DNA of 64,000 nt from Candidatus Saccharimonadota bacterium (GCA_017514805.1 JAFWIP010000006.1:59976-123975); one strand, 5' to 3'; counted from the stretch's first letter, positions 16,797 through 25,997 are shown. Translations and numbers: made by a program. The notes: generated from the letters alone by a model not told the origin.

Positions 16797-19628
16797 ATGG
16801 AGTACGTTATTCATTTTCTTGCCACGCCGATTGTCTGGATTTCTATCGTCGCCGTACTTGGCTTTCTTACTTATCGCAACTACAAAAAACTCAATCGCTT
16901 GAAAGTTCTCAATGTCGATTCAGTCCTTTTGATGCTCGAAATTCCAAAGGACAACGACAAAAAAGAGCTTAGCGCAGAACAACTATTTGCCTCTCTCCAC
17001 GGCATCCTTCGCGACGCAAATGAGCTTAAGCATTCCGGCGGCGTCCAGGAGCATCTTAGCTTTGAAATTGCTTCGACCGGCAACCAAATCCGCTTCTTTG
17101 TCTGGGTACCAAAAGTTCTCCAGAGCTTCGTTGAAGGCCAGATCTATTCCCAGTATCCGAGCGTCCAAATCTATCGCATGAAGGAAGATTACGCCGATCG
17201 TCGCGACAAATACCCAGTCTCTTACAGCTCAGAAATCTCACTTATCTATAATGATGTTCTTCCTATTAAGACCTTTGAATCATTCGAGGTAGATCCACTC
17301 GCTGGTATTACCGGTACGCTCGCGAAACTCAATCCAAATGGTGGCGAAGAGCTTTGGATTCAGATCCTCACTCGTCCAGTCGCAGATAACTGGCACACAA
17401 AAACGGATAAATGGGTACAGAAAATCAAGGCTGGCAAAACGATTAGTTTTGGCAATGTGGATTTTGGTTGGTTTGCTCAAGTCCTCGCAGCACTTTGGCG
17501 TCCACCAGAGGGCGGCTCCACTTCTGATACGAAAGTAGAATTATCCGAGCGTGCAAAGACTCAGATCGAAAAGGCCGAAGAAAAGGCGACCAAACTTGGC
17601 TACGAAGTTAAGATTCGCCTCGCTTATGTTGGCGAAAATGAAGTCAATGCTAAGCTTAATATGCAGGCGCTCGTTGGTACTTTTAAACAGTTTAACTCCA
17701 CTAACCTTAATGGTTTTAAGATGAGTGGCGCAACTTTCGACAAGAACGCACTCAATGCCTACAAAGCACGTCAATTCACTGATCATGGTTTTATTCTTAA
17801 TATTTCCGAGCTCGCAAGCGTATATCATCTCCCGCATACGAACGTCGAAACACCAAACATCGTTTGGGCTTCCAGCAAAACTGCCGAACCACCAGCCAAG
17901 CTTCCAATGCTCACCGGCAATCCAAGCTTCGATGAAAATATCTCCGCTTTTGGACTTACCGATTTCCGCGGCATCAAGCACCAGTTCGGCATGTATCGCA
18001 AAGACCGCTCCCGCCATGTCTATATTATTGGCCAGACCGGTTCTGGTAAATCTGGTCTTTTGACACTCTTCGCACTCAGCGATATCTATCACAACCAGGG
18101 CTATTGTATTATCGATCCGCACGGCGACCTTGCAATGGATAACCTCAAATTTATCCCAGAAAACCGCATCAAAGATGTCGTATATTTTAATCCTGCCGAT
18201 ACACAATATCCAATGGCCTTCAATCCGCTCGAAGTTTACGACCCAGCCCGCAAGCCAAATATCTCCTCAGAGGTTATCGGCGTCTTGAAGCGTATGTTCG
18301 GCGATTCTTGGGGTCCTCGTCTTGAGCATATCCTTCGCTACACCCTGCTTGCGCTCCTCGATCGCCCACAGGCAACCCTTCTCGATATTTCTCGCATGCT
18401 CACAGATAAAGAGTTCCGCAAAGAAACCCTAAATTACTGCCAAGACGTCACTGTTCTTCAGTTCTGGAAACAAGAGTTTGGCTCATGGGGCGATAAGCAG
18501 GTTACGGAGTCGGTTGCACCAGTTCTCAACAAGGTTGGTGCCTTTACAGCAAACCCAATCATTCGTAATATTATTGGCCAGCCAAAGTCCAGCTTTGACG
18601 TACGCAAGATTATGGACGAAGGTAAGATTCTCGTCGTTAACCTATCTAAAGGTCTTATCGGCGAAGATAATGCTGCCATTCTTGGTTCATTCCTTGTCAC
18701 AAAAGTTCAGCTCGCCGCAATGAGCCGTAGCGATATTCCAAACGTCGAAGATCGCCGCCCATTCTATCTCTACGTAGATGAGTTCCAAAACTTTGCTACC
18801 GATTCCTTCGCCGTGATTCTTTCTGAGGCGCGCAAATATGGTCTTAACCTCACCGTCGCTAACCAGTACACGAGCCAGATGACCGAATCCGTCCGCGATG
18901 CCGTCTTTGGCAACGTCGGTACTACAATTAGCTTCCGCGTATCCGCTGACGATGCACCAATTCTCGCTAAACAATTTGAGCCTACCTTCGAGGCACAAGA
19001 TCTCCTAAACCTCAATAACCGCCACTTTGTTCTTTCAATGATTATTAATGGCGAAAAAACTCAGGCCTTCTCGGCTACAACACTCAGTATTCCAAAACCG
19101 CCAAATGATCTCACGCCACAAATCGTCAAACACTCCCGTCTCAGTTACGCTCGCAATCGCGCAGACGTTGAACGCGAAATCAAGGAGACAATTGAGGCTG
19201 CCGAAAAATGGAAAAAGAATCTCTCTGATTCAGGCCGCGAAGCTGGCGAACGTGGTTCCGAAAAATCATTCAATAAGAAAGAAAGACCGGTCTTTGAGTT
19301 TACTCCGCAGGCTGAATTCCGTAAGCAAAAAATCTCTCCTTCTCAAGCGCAAGGCGAACAAGTTGGCCCAGGCCTAAAAGACCTTGGCGCACTAATCGCC
19401 GCTCAACAAGCTAGCCCAAACATCAAGCAGACCAAGGTAGAAGATGAGCCGAAAGAAGAAAAACCGCAATCAACGCGCGGCGAGGATGACGAAGAAGGTC
19501 GCCAAGTAATCACTAGTGCTAAAGGCGGTCAAGCCAGAGTTCATACGATTCAGAAGAAAGGCCGCAAAATCAGCTACCACAAGCATAGTCAAGGCCAAAA
19601 ACACGGCGATCGCCCAGTTCAAAAATAG
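16797..19628 (+). CDS. TraD/VirD4-like (type IV coupling protein family) P-loop ATPase with unrecognised N-domain and disordered charged tail
   Basis: N-terminal TM segment, Walker A IIGQTGSGKSG, Walker B FYLYVDEFQNF, and ARKYGLNLTVANQYTSQ as in the TraG-D_C region. The last ~190 aa are K/E/Q-rich. Confidence 0.7.
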   Translation: MEYVIHFLATPIVWISIVAVLGFLTYRNYKKLNRLKVLNVDSVLLMLEIPKDNDKKELSAEQLFASLHGILRDANELKHSGGVQEHLSFEIASTGNQIRFFVWVPKVLQSFVEGQIYSQYPSVQIYRMKEDYADRRDKYPVSYSSEISLIYNDVLPIKTFESFEVDPLAGITGTLAKLNPNGGEELWIQILTRPVADNWHTKTDKWVQKIKAGKTISFGNVDFGWFAQVLAALWRPPEGGSTSDTKVELSERAKTQIEKAEEKATKLGYEVKIRLAYVGENEVNAKLNMQALVGTFKQFNSTNLNGFKMSGATFDKNALNAYKARQFTDHGFILNISELASVYHLPHTNVETPNIVWASSKTAEPPAKLPMLTGNPSFDENISAFGLTDFRGIKHQFGMYRKDRSRHVYIIGQTGSGKSGLLTLFALSDIYHNQGYCIIDPHGDLAMDNLKFIPENRIKDVVYFNPADTQYPMAFNPLEVYDPARKPNISSEVIGVLKRMFGDSWGPRLEHILRYTLLALLDRPQATLLDISRMLTDKEFRKETLNYCQDVTVLQFWKQEFGSWGDKQVTESVAPVLNKVGAFTANPIIRNIIGQPKSSFDVRKIMDEGKILVVNLSKGLIGEDNAAILGSFLVTKVQLAAMSRSDIPNVEDRRPFYLYVDEFQNFATDSFAVILSEARKYGLNLTVANQYTSQMTESVRDAVFGNVGTTISFRVSADDAPILAKQFEPTFEAQDLLNLNNRHFVLSMIINGEKTQAFSATTLSIPKPPNDLTPQIVKHSRLSYARNRADVEREIKETIEAAEKWKKNLSDSGREAGERGSEKSFNKKERPVFEFTPQAEFRKQKISPSQAQGEQVGPGLKDLGALIAAQQASPNIKQTKVEDEPKEEKPQSTRGEDDEEGRQVITSAKGGQARVHTIQKKGRKISYHKHSQGQKHGDRPVQK

Positions 19629-19630
19629 CT

Positions 19631-20353
19631 ATGAAGCGCATAGATTTCCTTCTACATACGCCAATCGCTCATAGAGGCTTACATAATAGGGAAGCACCAG
19701 AAAACTCACTAGAAGCCTTTAGGAGAGCCGTAAAAGGCAAGTTTCCAATCGAGCTCGATGTTCACCTAATCAAGAGTGGGGAAGTTATTGTTTTTCATGA
19801 CGACAATCTCAAGCGCATGTGCGGAATCGATAAAGATATCTCAAAGTGTACTTTTACTGAGATTCGCGAGCTCTATCTTAATCATACCCACGAACGCATT
19901 CCGCTTCTCTCTGAAGCACTCACAGTTATCAATGGCAAAGTCCCGATTCTTATTGAGCTAAAATATGATCAGCCAGTAGGGAAGTTAGAGAAACAAGTCC
20001 TCGAAGTCCTAGAAAATTATAAAGGGAAGTACGCTTTTCAAAGCTTCAATCCCCTTTCATTGCGCTGGCTCAATCGTAATGCGCCAAATATTCCACGCGG
20101 ACAATTAGCCTGCGATTTCAAGAGCGCCAAGAAGGTCTCTCGTATTGCCAAACCAATTCTCCGCAATCTCTGGCACTTCTCTCTTACGAAGCCAGATTTC
20201 ATCTCTTATGATATTCATGCCCTCCCTAATAAGCGCGTTGAGAAGCTTCATGCCAGCGGTATCCCTGTTATCGGCTGGACTGTCTCGAAAATCTCCGAGA
20301 GCGGAGAAGCGCTAAAATACTGCGACAATCTAGTCTGCGAAGATATTCTCTAA
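19631..20353 (+). CDS. glycerophosphodiester phosphodiesterase
   Basis: HRGLHN..PENSLEAF, ELDVHL and VFHDDNL are GDPD motifs. It starts 2 nt after the upstream stop. Confidence 0.88.
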   Translation: MKRIDFLLHTPIAHRGLHNREAPENSLEAFRRAVKGKFPIELDVHLIKSGEVIVFHDDNLKRMCGIDKDISKCTFTEIRELYLNHTHERIPLLSEALTVINGKVPILIELKYDQPVGKLEKQVLEVLENYKGKYAFQSFNPLSLRWLNRNAPNIPRGQLACDFKSAKKVSRIAKPILRNLWHFSLTKPDFISYDIHALPNKRVEKLHASGIPVIGWTVSKISESGEALKYCDNLVCEDIL

Positions 20354-21411
20354 CGTTTCTTTTTTGGAGCATCCGCCGTTTTGGCAATTTTTTCTGCTTC
20401 CGCAATTGCGCCTTTGCCGTTGTAAATATTGAAAGCAATCGCGCCAACAATCATCGGTAGATAGTAAGTAAGACCGCGCCAGAGCAGCACAAACACGTTT
20501 AATGCAGGCCCGGCAACAAAGTTGCCAAAGAAGCCCATAAAGCCCGCCTCCATGCCCCCAGAAGCACCAGGAATAGGCACATAGCAGCCCATCACAAATA
20601 CGAACGAGCTCGCCGTAAAGACGTTTATGATGTCAAGATTATCTGCGCAGCCAATCGCTAAAGCGATGAAGATCGGCAGTATATAGTAAGCTAGTAACGC
20701 TAGGCACTGATAACAAACGCCGCGAATAAAAACGTTCTTATTACGCAATAATTCACGCCCATTCTCGTAATAATTCTGGCAAGCATTCTCCCACTTCTCG
20801 ATGCGTGCCTTCTTGTTGCGGACTAGGCCAAATTTCGCCAAAGCATTAATAATTCCACGAATCACTACGCGATTAAAGTTCTTCGAAAAGCTGATAAACA
20901 GCAAGGCTAGTAAGACAACCAGATTGATTACAAAGCCCACCACCATCATATGTTGGAGAACTGGAATATACTGGAAGAAATGAAATATCTGATCAAAGAT
21001 CACGCTCACAATCGCCGTCAACATCAAGGCAATCTGGAACATCATATAGGCTTGCACCTCTATATTCGCCCCTGTCGAAACCGGCACACCCTTCTTCTTG
21101 AGCTCGTAGACCTGCATCGGCTGACCACCGCTAGACAAAGGCGTAATTCCGCAGAAAAACTTATTAATCAAGCCTAAATAAAGCGCAAATTTAAAGGTTG
21201 CATCCTTCTTATATATCTTGATAATTCCATAAGTCGAAAGGGTATCAAAGAGCATATAAACCGCAAAAGTAAGCAGGGCAACAAATAGCCAGCCAAGGTT
21301 CGAGCTAAACAGCGTCTCAACGACTTCATTAAAATTGTCTTTCAACGACCACCACAAAAAAACGACTGTAATAATAAGAATGATAACTACATTAATCCAT
21401 TTCTTTTTCAT
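20350..21411 (-). CDS. flippase-like membrane protein (LPG-synthase TM domain / UPF0104 family)
   Basis: About 8 TM segments, with a start at MKKKWINVVIILI. It resembles MprF-type TM-domain proteins. The track extension to 21492 was dropped. Confidence 0.55.
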   Translation of the reverse strand: MKKKWINVVIILIITVVFLWWSLKDNFNEVVETLFSSNLGWLFVALLTFAVYMLFDTLSTYGIIKIYKKDATFKFALYLGLINKFFCGITPLSSGGQPMQVYELKKKGVPVSTGANIEVQAYMMFQIALMLTAIVSVIFDQIFHFFQYIPVLQHMMVVGFVINLVVLLALLFISFSKNFNRVVIRGIINALAKFGLVRNKKARIEKWENACQNYYENGRELLRNKNVFIRGVCYQCLALLAYYILPIFIALAIGCADNLDIINVFTASSFVFVMGCYVPIPGASGGMEAGFMGFFGNFVAGPALNVFVLLWRGLTYYLPMIVGAIAFNIYNGKGAIAEAEKIAKTADAPKKKR

Positions 21412-21533
21412 GGGATTGCTAATAAATATTTTAACATAAATTTGTTTCGCCGCGTTCAGAACAAAAACCGAACAGGGAAGCGAAAAATTCATTTTTACAC
21501 CCTACTCCAAATTTTCGACTATCGCTGCCCTAT

Positions 21534-21615
21534 CCCACCCCTGTTATTACCCTGTTCTACCTCTGTTATATTAGTGGCACCACCCCTGTTATAACAGATA
21601 GGCTACCCCTGTTAC
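21534..21615 (+). repeat. five phased direct repeats, core CC(C/T)CTGTT(A/C)
   Basis: CTGTT cores start at 21541, 21552, 21563, 21586 and 21609, giving spacings of 11, 11, 23 and 23 bp. Copy 4 sits in the perfect palindrome CTGTTATAACAG. Confidence 0.8.
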
Positions 21616-21967
21616 GTCTCTTATAAAATAGCATGAGGCCATATAAGCCCATATAACACGTCAAGAATACCAAGACGGTAGAATATACGAAAATATAAGC
21701 AGAAGCGCAATAGAGCGCAAAATAAAGGGCATATACGACAAATTGACGGCCAGGCAGCAGAAAATAAGCACAAACGAGACGGGTGTATAATCGTCTTTTC
21801 GCAATATTTCCAATGTCGCACAATGCATATTTTACGACATACAAGTAGGATCCACGTACCATATATACAATCGTCGAATAGAACCAACAAATGCACTGCC
21901 GCAAGATATATATTCGCCTTTTAATACATATTCCTATCTGTACGGCTGGATTGCGATAATTATTATT

Positions 21968-22078
21968 AAAAACCGTAGTCCCCCGGGAAAAATGATCCCG
22001 GGGAGCGGCTAGAAGTGGTCGGAACAGCTACGATATTTGACAAATATTTCACGATTTTCGTCAACCACCCCTGTAAAA
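21968..22078 (-). ncRNA. candidate small RNA or long 3'-UTR end (~110 nt)
   Basis: The minus strand has an extended -10, TGTTATAAT (22093-22085). The terminator is TCCCCGGGA-loop-TCCCGGGGGA..CGG plus T5 (22008-21968). Confidence 0.3.
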
Positions 22079-22311
22079 TCACATATTATAACATATTTTT
22101 CCACAGGTCCGCCAAATTCACGCTACCGTGAAATGTTGACTTTTCCACAATTTTCACGCCTGCTCGAAAAAATTTTTCTCACTCCCCTGCCCATTTGATT
22201 TTTTTCGATTTTGTTGCAGAATATGGATTCTCCCCTCTCCCCTCTATTGCGTCCCATTATTTATCAACCGAACAAAAACCGAACATTAGGGGAGAACACG
22301 GGAATAGCTAA

Positions 22312-22947
22312 CTATTTATAGTAAGCCTTGCCCTCTACCCGAATATCAACATATTCTGGAGCTAATTCCTTACTATCAAGATAGCGCATCATTCGCTCCG
22401 CATCTTCAACTTGCACTGTACTCCCCCGCTCAATCGTCATCTTGTAATACTCTTTTCGACCAACGAAATAAACGAGCACCTCGCGCGCCTTCTGAAACGG
22501 AAGCACCACATGATCAACGGCGACATTCTTTTCCGCAGCGTCAGCTTCAAGTCGCGCCACAAACACCTTTACGCGCGCCGAAATATTATTGCCAGCATTC
22601 TCATCAATAATTGCGACGGTCGGCTCGGTCGGGTTATTTTCAATAATCTTCGCCTCACGCTCAGCAATCTTCTCATTTACATACTGCCCAATCAGAATAC
22701 TACAGGTAATAATTGCGGCGAGAATTAGCAACACAATAATCGTATTTTTACGCTGCTGCTTTTTGCGAGCCGCAATATGCTCTAGATTTCGCTGGCGCGC
22801 ATTATTCGTTGCACCAGCAATCGTACGACCAACTCGATAATCACGTTCGTCCTTCGGCTTCTTTTGCGAAGCTTCAACATCAGACCTCTTTTTTTTCGAA
22901 GCCTTTTTCTCTGGCCGATAATTTAAATCGCCACCCCACTGTTTCAT
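22312..22947 (-). CDS. single-pass membrane protein, function unknown
   Basis: Basic N-terminus, one TM segment and an external domain of ~115 aa. It starts 3 nt after the pgk stop and so looks co-transcribed. Confidence 0.6.
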   Translation of the reverse strand: MKQWGGDLNYRPEKKASKKKRSDVEASQKKPKDERDYRVGRTIAGATNNARQRNLEHIAARKKQQRKNTIIVLLILAAIITCSILIGQYVNEKIAEREAKIIENNPTEPTVAIIDENAGNNISARVKVFVARLEADAAEKNVAVDHVVLPFQKAREVLVYFVGRKEYYKMTIERGSTVQVEDAERMMRYLDSKELAPEYVDIRVEGKAYYK

Positions 22948-22950
22948 GAA

Positions 22951-24027
22951 TTATTTATCCTGTAAAACCTCTAAACCAGGCAACTTCTTGCCAGAAAGCA
23001 ACTCCAAACTTGCGCCGCCGCCAGTCGAAATCAAATTAAAAGTCAAATTGCCGTTCGTCTTTAGAACCTTTTCAACAAAGCTTGTCGTATCACCGCCGCC
23101 AACAATTGTCATATCGTGACTTTCGCCCATCGCCTGCGCAATTGCGAGCGAGGACTTCGCATAGCGTTCGTCCTCAACCATACCCAATGTACCATTCCAA
23201 ACAATCGTATGCGAGCCCTTAATCATATCAATAATCTTCTGCGTACTAACTGGGCCAATATCGAGCTTTGAGCCGTTTACGCCCTGAACAAAATCTTCCG
23301 CTACATACACATTTGGACTAGCATTCACATAGCCATCCGCTGCAATCTTGCCGCCAACTGCAATTTTATCTGCAATCGTCAAAAACTTGTCAATCAACGG
23401 TTGCTTATCGTCGACTTTTGCGCCCCCGACAATTACAAGTAGCGGACGCTGCGGATTGCTGATTGCAGCCTCAAGGTTCGCAACCTCTTGCTCAACCAAA
23501 AAACCCGCTACCGAAGGGAGCAATCTTGCAATCGCATCTGTCGAGGCGTGCGCACGATGAATCACTGCAAAGCCATCTTGCACAAAAATCTCTGCACCAG
23601 TTGCATTAACAATTTCCTGCGCAAAAGTTGCGGAGTTCTTTTCCTCATCTGGCACAAAACGCAAGTTTTCTAGAAGTATAACACCGCCATCAGGCAAAGC
23701 ATCAACCGCCGCCTTTGCGTCTGGCCCATAAATCATATCCGAAAAGCGCACAACCTTATCCGGCAATAGCTCGGCTAATTTTTGCGCGCATGGCGCAAGC
23801 GACATCTCTGGAATATAAACTCCATCAGGACGACCGAGATGTGAAATCAAAATCACCTTACGTGCGCCCTGATCGAGCACATAACGAATCGTAGAGAGGC
23901 TCGAAGAAATACGGAGGTCTTCTTGAATTACGCCGTCCTTTATTGGAACGTTATAATCTACTCGAATCAAAACAGTTTTGCCGGAAACATCAATATCCTG
24001 CACACTCTTTTTTCTAAATTCCACCAT
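22951..24027 (-). CDS. pgk: phosphoglycerate kinase (short form)
   Basis: VLIRVDYNVPI, SHLGRPDG, GGGDT and STGGGASLELLSGKKLPG. Confidence 0.95.
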   Translation of the reverse strand: MVEFRKKSVQDIDVSGKTVLIRVDYNVPIKDGVIQEDLRISSSLSTIRYVLDQGARKVILISHLGRPDGVYIPEMSLAPCAQKLAELLPDKVVRFSDMIYGPDAKAAVDALPDGGVILLENLRFVPDEEKNSATFAQEIVNATGAEIFVQDGFAVIHRAHASTDAIARLLPSVAGFLVEQEVANLEAAISNPQRPLLVIVGGAKVDDKQPLIDKFLTIADKIAVGGKIAADGYVNASPNVYVAEDFVQGVNGSKLDIGPVSTQKIIDMIKGSHTIVWNGTLGMVEDERYAKSSLAIAQAMGESHDMTIVGGGDTTSFVEKVLKTNGNLTFNLISTGGGASLELLSGKKLPGLEVLQDK

Positions 24028-24058
24028 TTGCCCGAGACCTCCTACTTCTCTTCCCTAA

Positions 24059-25492
24059 TTAGATTTTGCGAATTTGAATGCTGTTTGTGCCACCCTCTTC
24101 GTCGCGCAAGCCAGAAACCAAGACGACCTTGAGCGTATCTTTGCCCTCTGGAAGCTTTAGATAGCCACTTGCCTTGAGATCCTGAATCGCATCAAAGGCG
24201 TAATTCTCATCATAATCACGTACGAATGCAGAGTTTGCATAAGTAAGCGCGAGCTGGCCCGCCACGCGAGCTTCACTCGTAATTGAAATAATTGGCATAT
24301 TTGGACGCTGTGCTGCGATTGCTGCTGCCGTTGCACCAGATTTCGTTGCTGCTACGATTACGTCAGCATTAACTTCCTGCGCGATCTCTACGGCTGCGTG
24401 CGAAATCGCATCGTAGTTCTTGTAGCTACCAGTCGGCAAAGTATCAAGCGCCTGAATGCGAGTATGATTCTGCGTATAAAGAATTACCTTCTTCATTTGC
24501 TTGATTGTCTCGATTGGATACTTACCGTTTGCCGTTTCATCGGAGAGCATTACTGCATCAGCACCGAGAATAACTGCCGTCGCTACGTCAGAAACCTCTG
24601 CACGAGTCGGTTCTGGATTTTCAACCATGCTTGCCATCATCTGAGTTGCGACAATGCAAATCTTAGAATACTGACGACAGAAAGCAATAAGCTTGCGCTG
24701 AACAATTGGAACAACCTCAGCACCAGCCTCGATTGCCATATCGCCACGCGCAATCATGATGCCATCAGTGGCCTTCACAATTGCCTCGAGGCCTTCATCG
24801 GTCTCGACAGCTTTCTTGGTTTCGATCTTTGCGATAATCTTTGCCTTCGAACCATGCGAAGTTAAAATCGAACGCATCTTCTCGATATCGGCAGCGCTCT
24901 GAACGAAGCTCATTGCGACATAGTCAAAATCGCGACTTGCACCAAACTCAATATCTGCAAGATCCTTCTCGGTAAAGATGTCACCACCAAGATCGGTATC
25001 TGGCAAGTTGACGCCCTTGCGGCTCATTACATAACCATCGTTCTCGACCGTGCATTTGATTGCGGTCTTGCTAACGATTTCTTTAACAGTCGTACGAATC
25101 TTACCGTCAAAGAGGAAGATTGGCTCACCGACCTTCGCCTTCTCTGCAAGGTTGTACTGGACTGGCATCTTCTTGCTACCATCATGCTCCTTGATTGCGT
25201 AATCGAGGACGATTTCGTCACCAGCCTTGAGGTCAAGGTGATTATCTTTCAATTCGCCAAGGCGAATCTTTGGACCCTGTAAATCCTGCACAATCGCAAC
25301 AGACTTGCCACGCTCTGCGGCATATTTGCGAATAATTTTAATTTGTTCGTCGCGCTCATCGTAAGTGCCATGGGAGAAATTCAAGCGAAAACCGTTCACG
25401 CCGGCGTAAACCATTTCCTTCAACTTCTCTTCTGCAAATACAGATGGACCGACAGTTGCTAATATTTTTGTTCTCTTGAAAAGTGTACTCAT
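24059..25492 (-). CDS. pyk: pyruvate kinase
   Basis: KILATVGPS, RLNFSHG, IMIARGDMAIE and MLSDETANGKYP. Confidence 0.95.
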   Translation of the reverse strand: MSTLFKRTKILATVGPSVFAEEKLKEMVYAGVNGFRLNFSHGTYDERDEQIKIIRKYAAERGKSVAIVQDLQGPKIRLGELKDNHLDLKAGDEIVLDYAIKEHDGSKKMPVQYNLAEKAKVGEPIFLFDGKIRTTVKEIVSKTAIKCTVENDGYVMSRKGVNLPDTDLGGDIFTEKDLADIEFGASRDFDYVAMSFVQSAADIEKMRSILTSHGSKAKIIAKIETKKAVETDEGLEAIVKATDGIMIARGDMAIEAGAEVVPIVQRKLIAFCRQYSKICIVATQMMASMVENPEPTRAEVSDVATAVILGADAVMLSDETANGKYPIETIKQMKKVILYTQNHTRIQALDTLPTGSYKNYDAISHAAVEIAQEVNADVIVAATKSGATAAAIAAQRPNMPIISITSEARVAGQLALTYANSAFVRDYDENYAFDAIQDLKASGYLKLPEGKDTLKVVLVSGLRDEEGGTNSIQIRKI

Positions 25493-25568
25493 ATCTAATA
25501 TTTTACCATAAACAATCTGATTTTTCCCCTATAAAATCGCAAGAAAGCATAAACGTTATTGACAAATA

Positions 25569-25597
25569 ATTACTTACATGCTATAATATAGTTATTG
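25569..25597 (+). promoter_or_regulatory. perfect consensus promoter
   Basis: TTGACA (25569-25574), a 17-nt spacer ending in TGc, then TATAAT (25592-25597). Confidence 0.75.
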
Positions 25598-25651
25598 TTC
25601 TTTATAGTCATCACTGAACTGTAAAAATATTTCTTTCAGGAGGGGTTAAAT

Positions 25652-25840
25652 ATGAAAAAAATATTTAAACGAATCACAGAGTTCTTTAATTGCAACAAGA
25701 AAAAGTATGACCTCATAGTTGGAGATGCAGATGAGCCTTGGACAAAAATAAATGCTCCAGAGTCAGACTTTTGTAGAGTTACGGCAACAGGCATAATATT
25801 GCCTACGCTTACAACTGGCAGTATATTACCGCCAGAATAA
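25652..25840 (+). CDS. 62-aa orphan protein
   Basis: AGGAGGGG SD lies 6-8 nt upstream. It has the consensus promoter at 25569 and its own hairpin terminator at 25849-25878. I recognised no homology. Confidence 0.55.
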   Translation: MKKIFKRITEFFNCNKKKYDLIVGDADEPWTKINAPESDFCRVTATGIILPTLTTGSILPPE

Positions 25841-25921
25841 AAAACTTTGGCTTCAGCGTATTTAGCTGGAGCCTTTTACTTGCACAAAAATCGCCCGAAT
25901 GGGCGATTTTTAAATCATTTC

Positions 25922-25997
25922 TGGTGATCACGGCGGGAGTCGAACCCGCGATTGCCTGGATGAAAACCAGGAGTCCTAACCACTAGACGACGTGACC
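25922..25997 (-). tRNA. tRNA-Glu (anticodon UUC), CCA encoded
   Basis: Reverse complement reads GGTCACGTCGTCTAGTGGTTAGGACT-CCTGG-TTTTCAT-CCAGG..GGGTTCGACTCCCGCCGTGATCACCA. The hairpin plus T-run at 25913-25889 is its terminator. Confidence 0.92.

Noticed and set aside
21566-21904. 112-aa and 91-aa minus-strand ORFs inside the gap, hydrophobic and Tyr/Cys-rich.
   Set aside because: They start with TTG and GTG and have no SD. Their composition is driven by the ATATA-rich DNA, and the two ORFs overlap each other in different frames.
21459-22285. A 16-nt direct repeat GAACAAAAACCGAACA (21459-21474 and 22270-22285) flanks the ORF-free gap and could be a target-site duplication.
   Set aside because: About one exact 16-mer pair is expected by chance in a 64-kb window (roughly 4e9 comparisons against 4^16). 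The motif is low-complexity A/C-rich sequence that recurs in other intergenic regions (for example 33722-33735). There are no terminal inverted repeats and no transposase.
21412-22311. Chromosomal oriC or replication terminus/dif at the plus-to-minus gene-orientation switch.
   Set aside because: There is no dnaA, dnaN or rep gene here. I found no convincing 28-bp XerCD dif-like imperfect palindrome. Hand counts of G versus C in genes on both flanks gave a similar plus-strand C excess on each side, with no visible skew switch. The repeats are kept only as an iteron or regulatory-array hypothesis.
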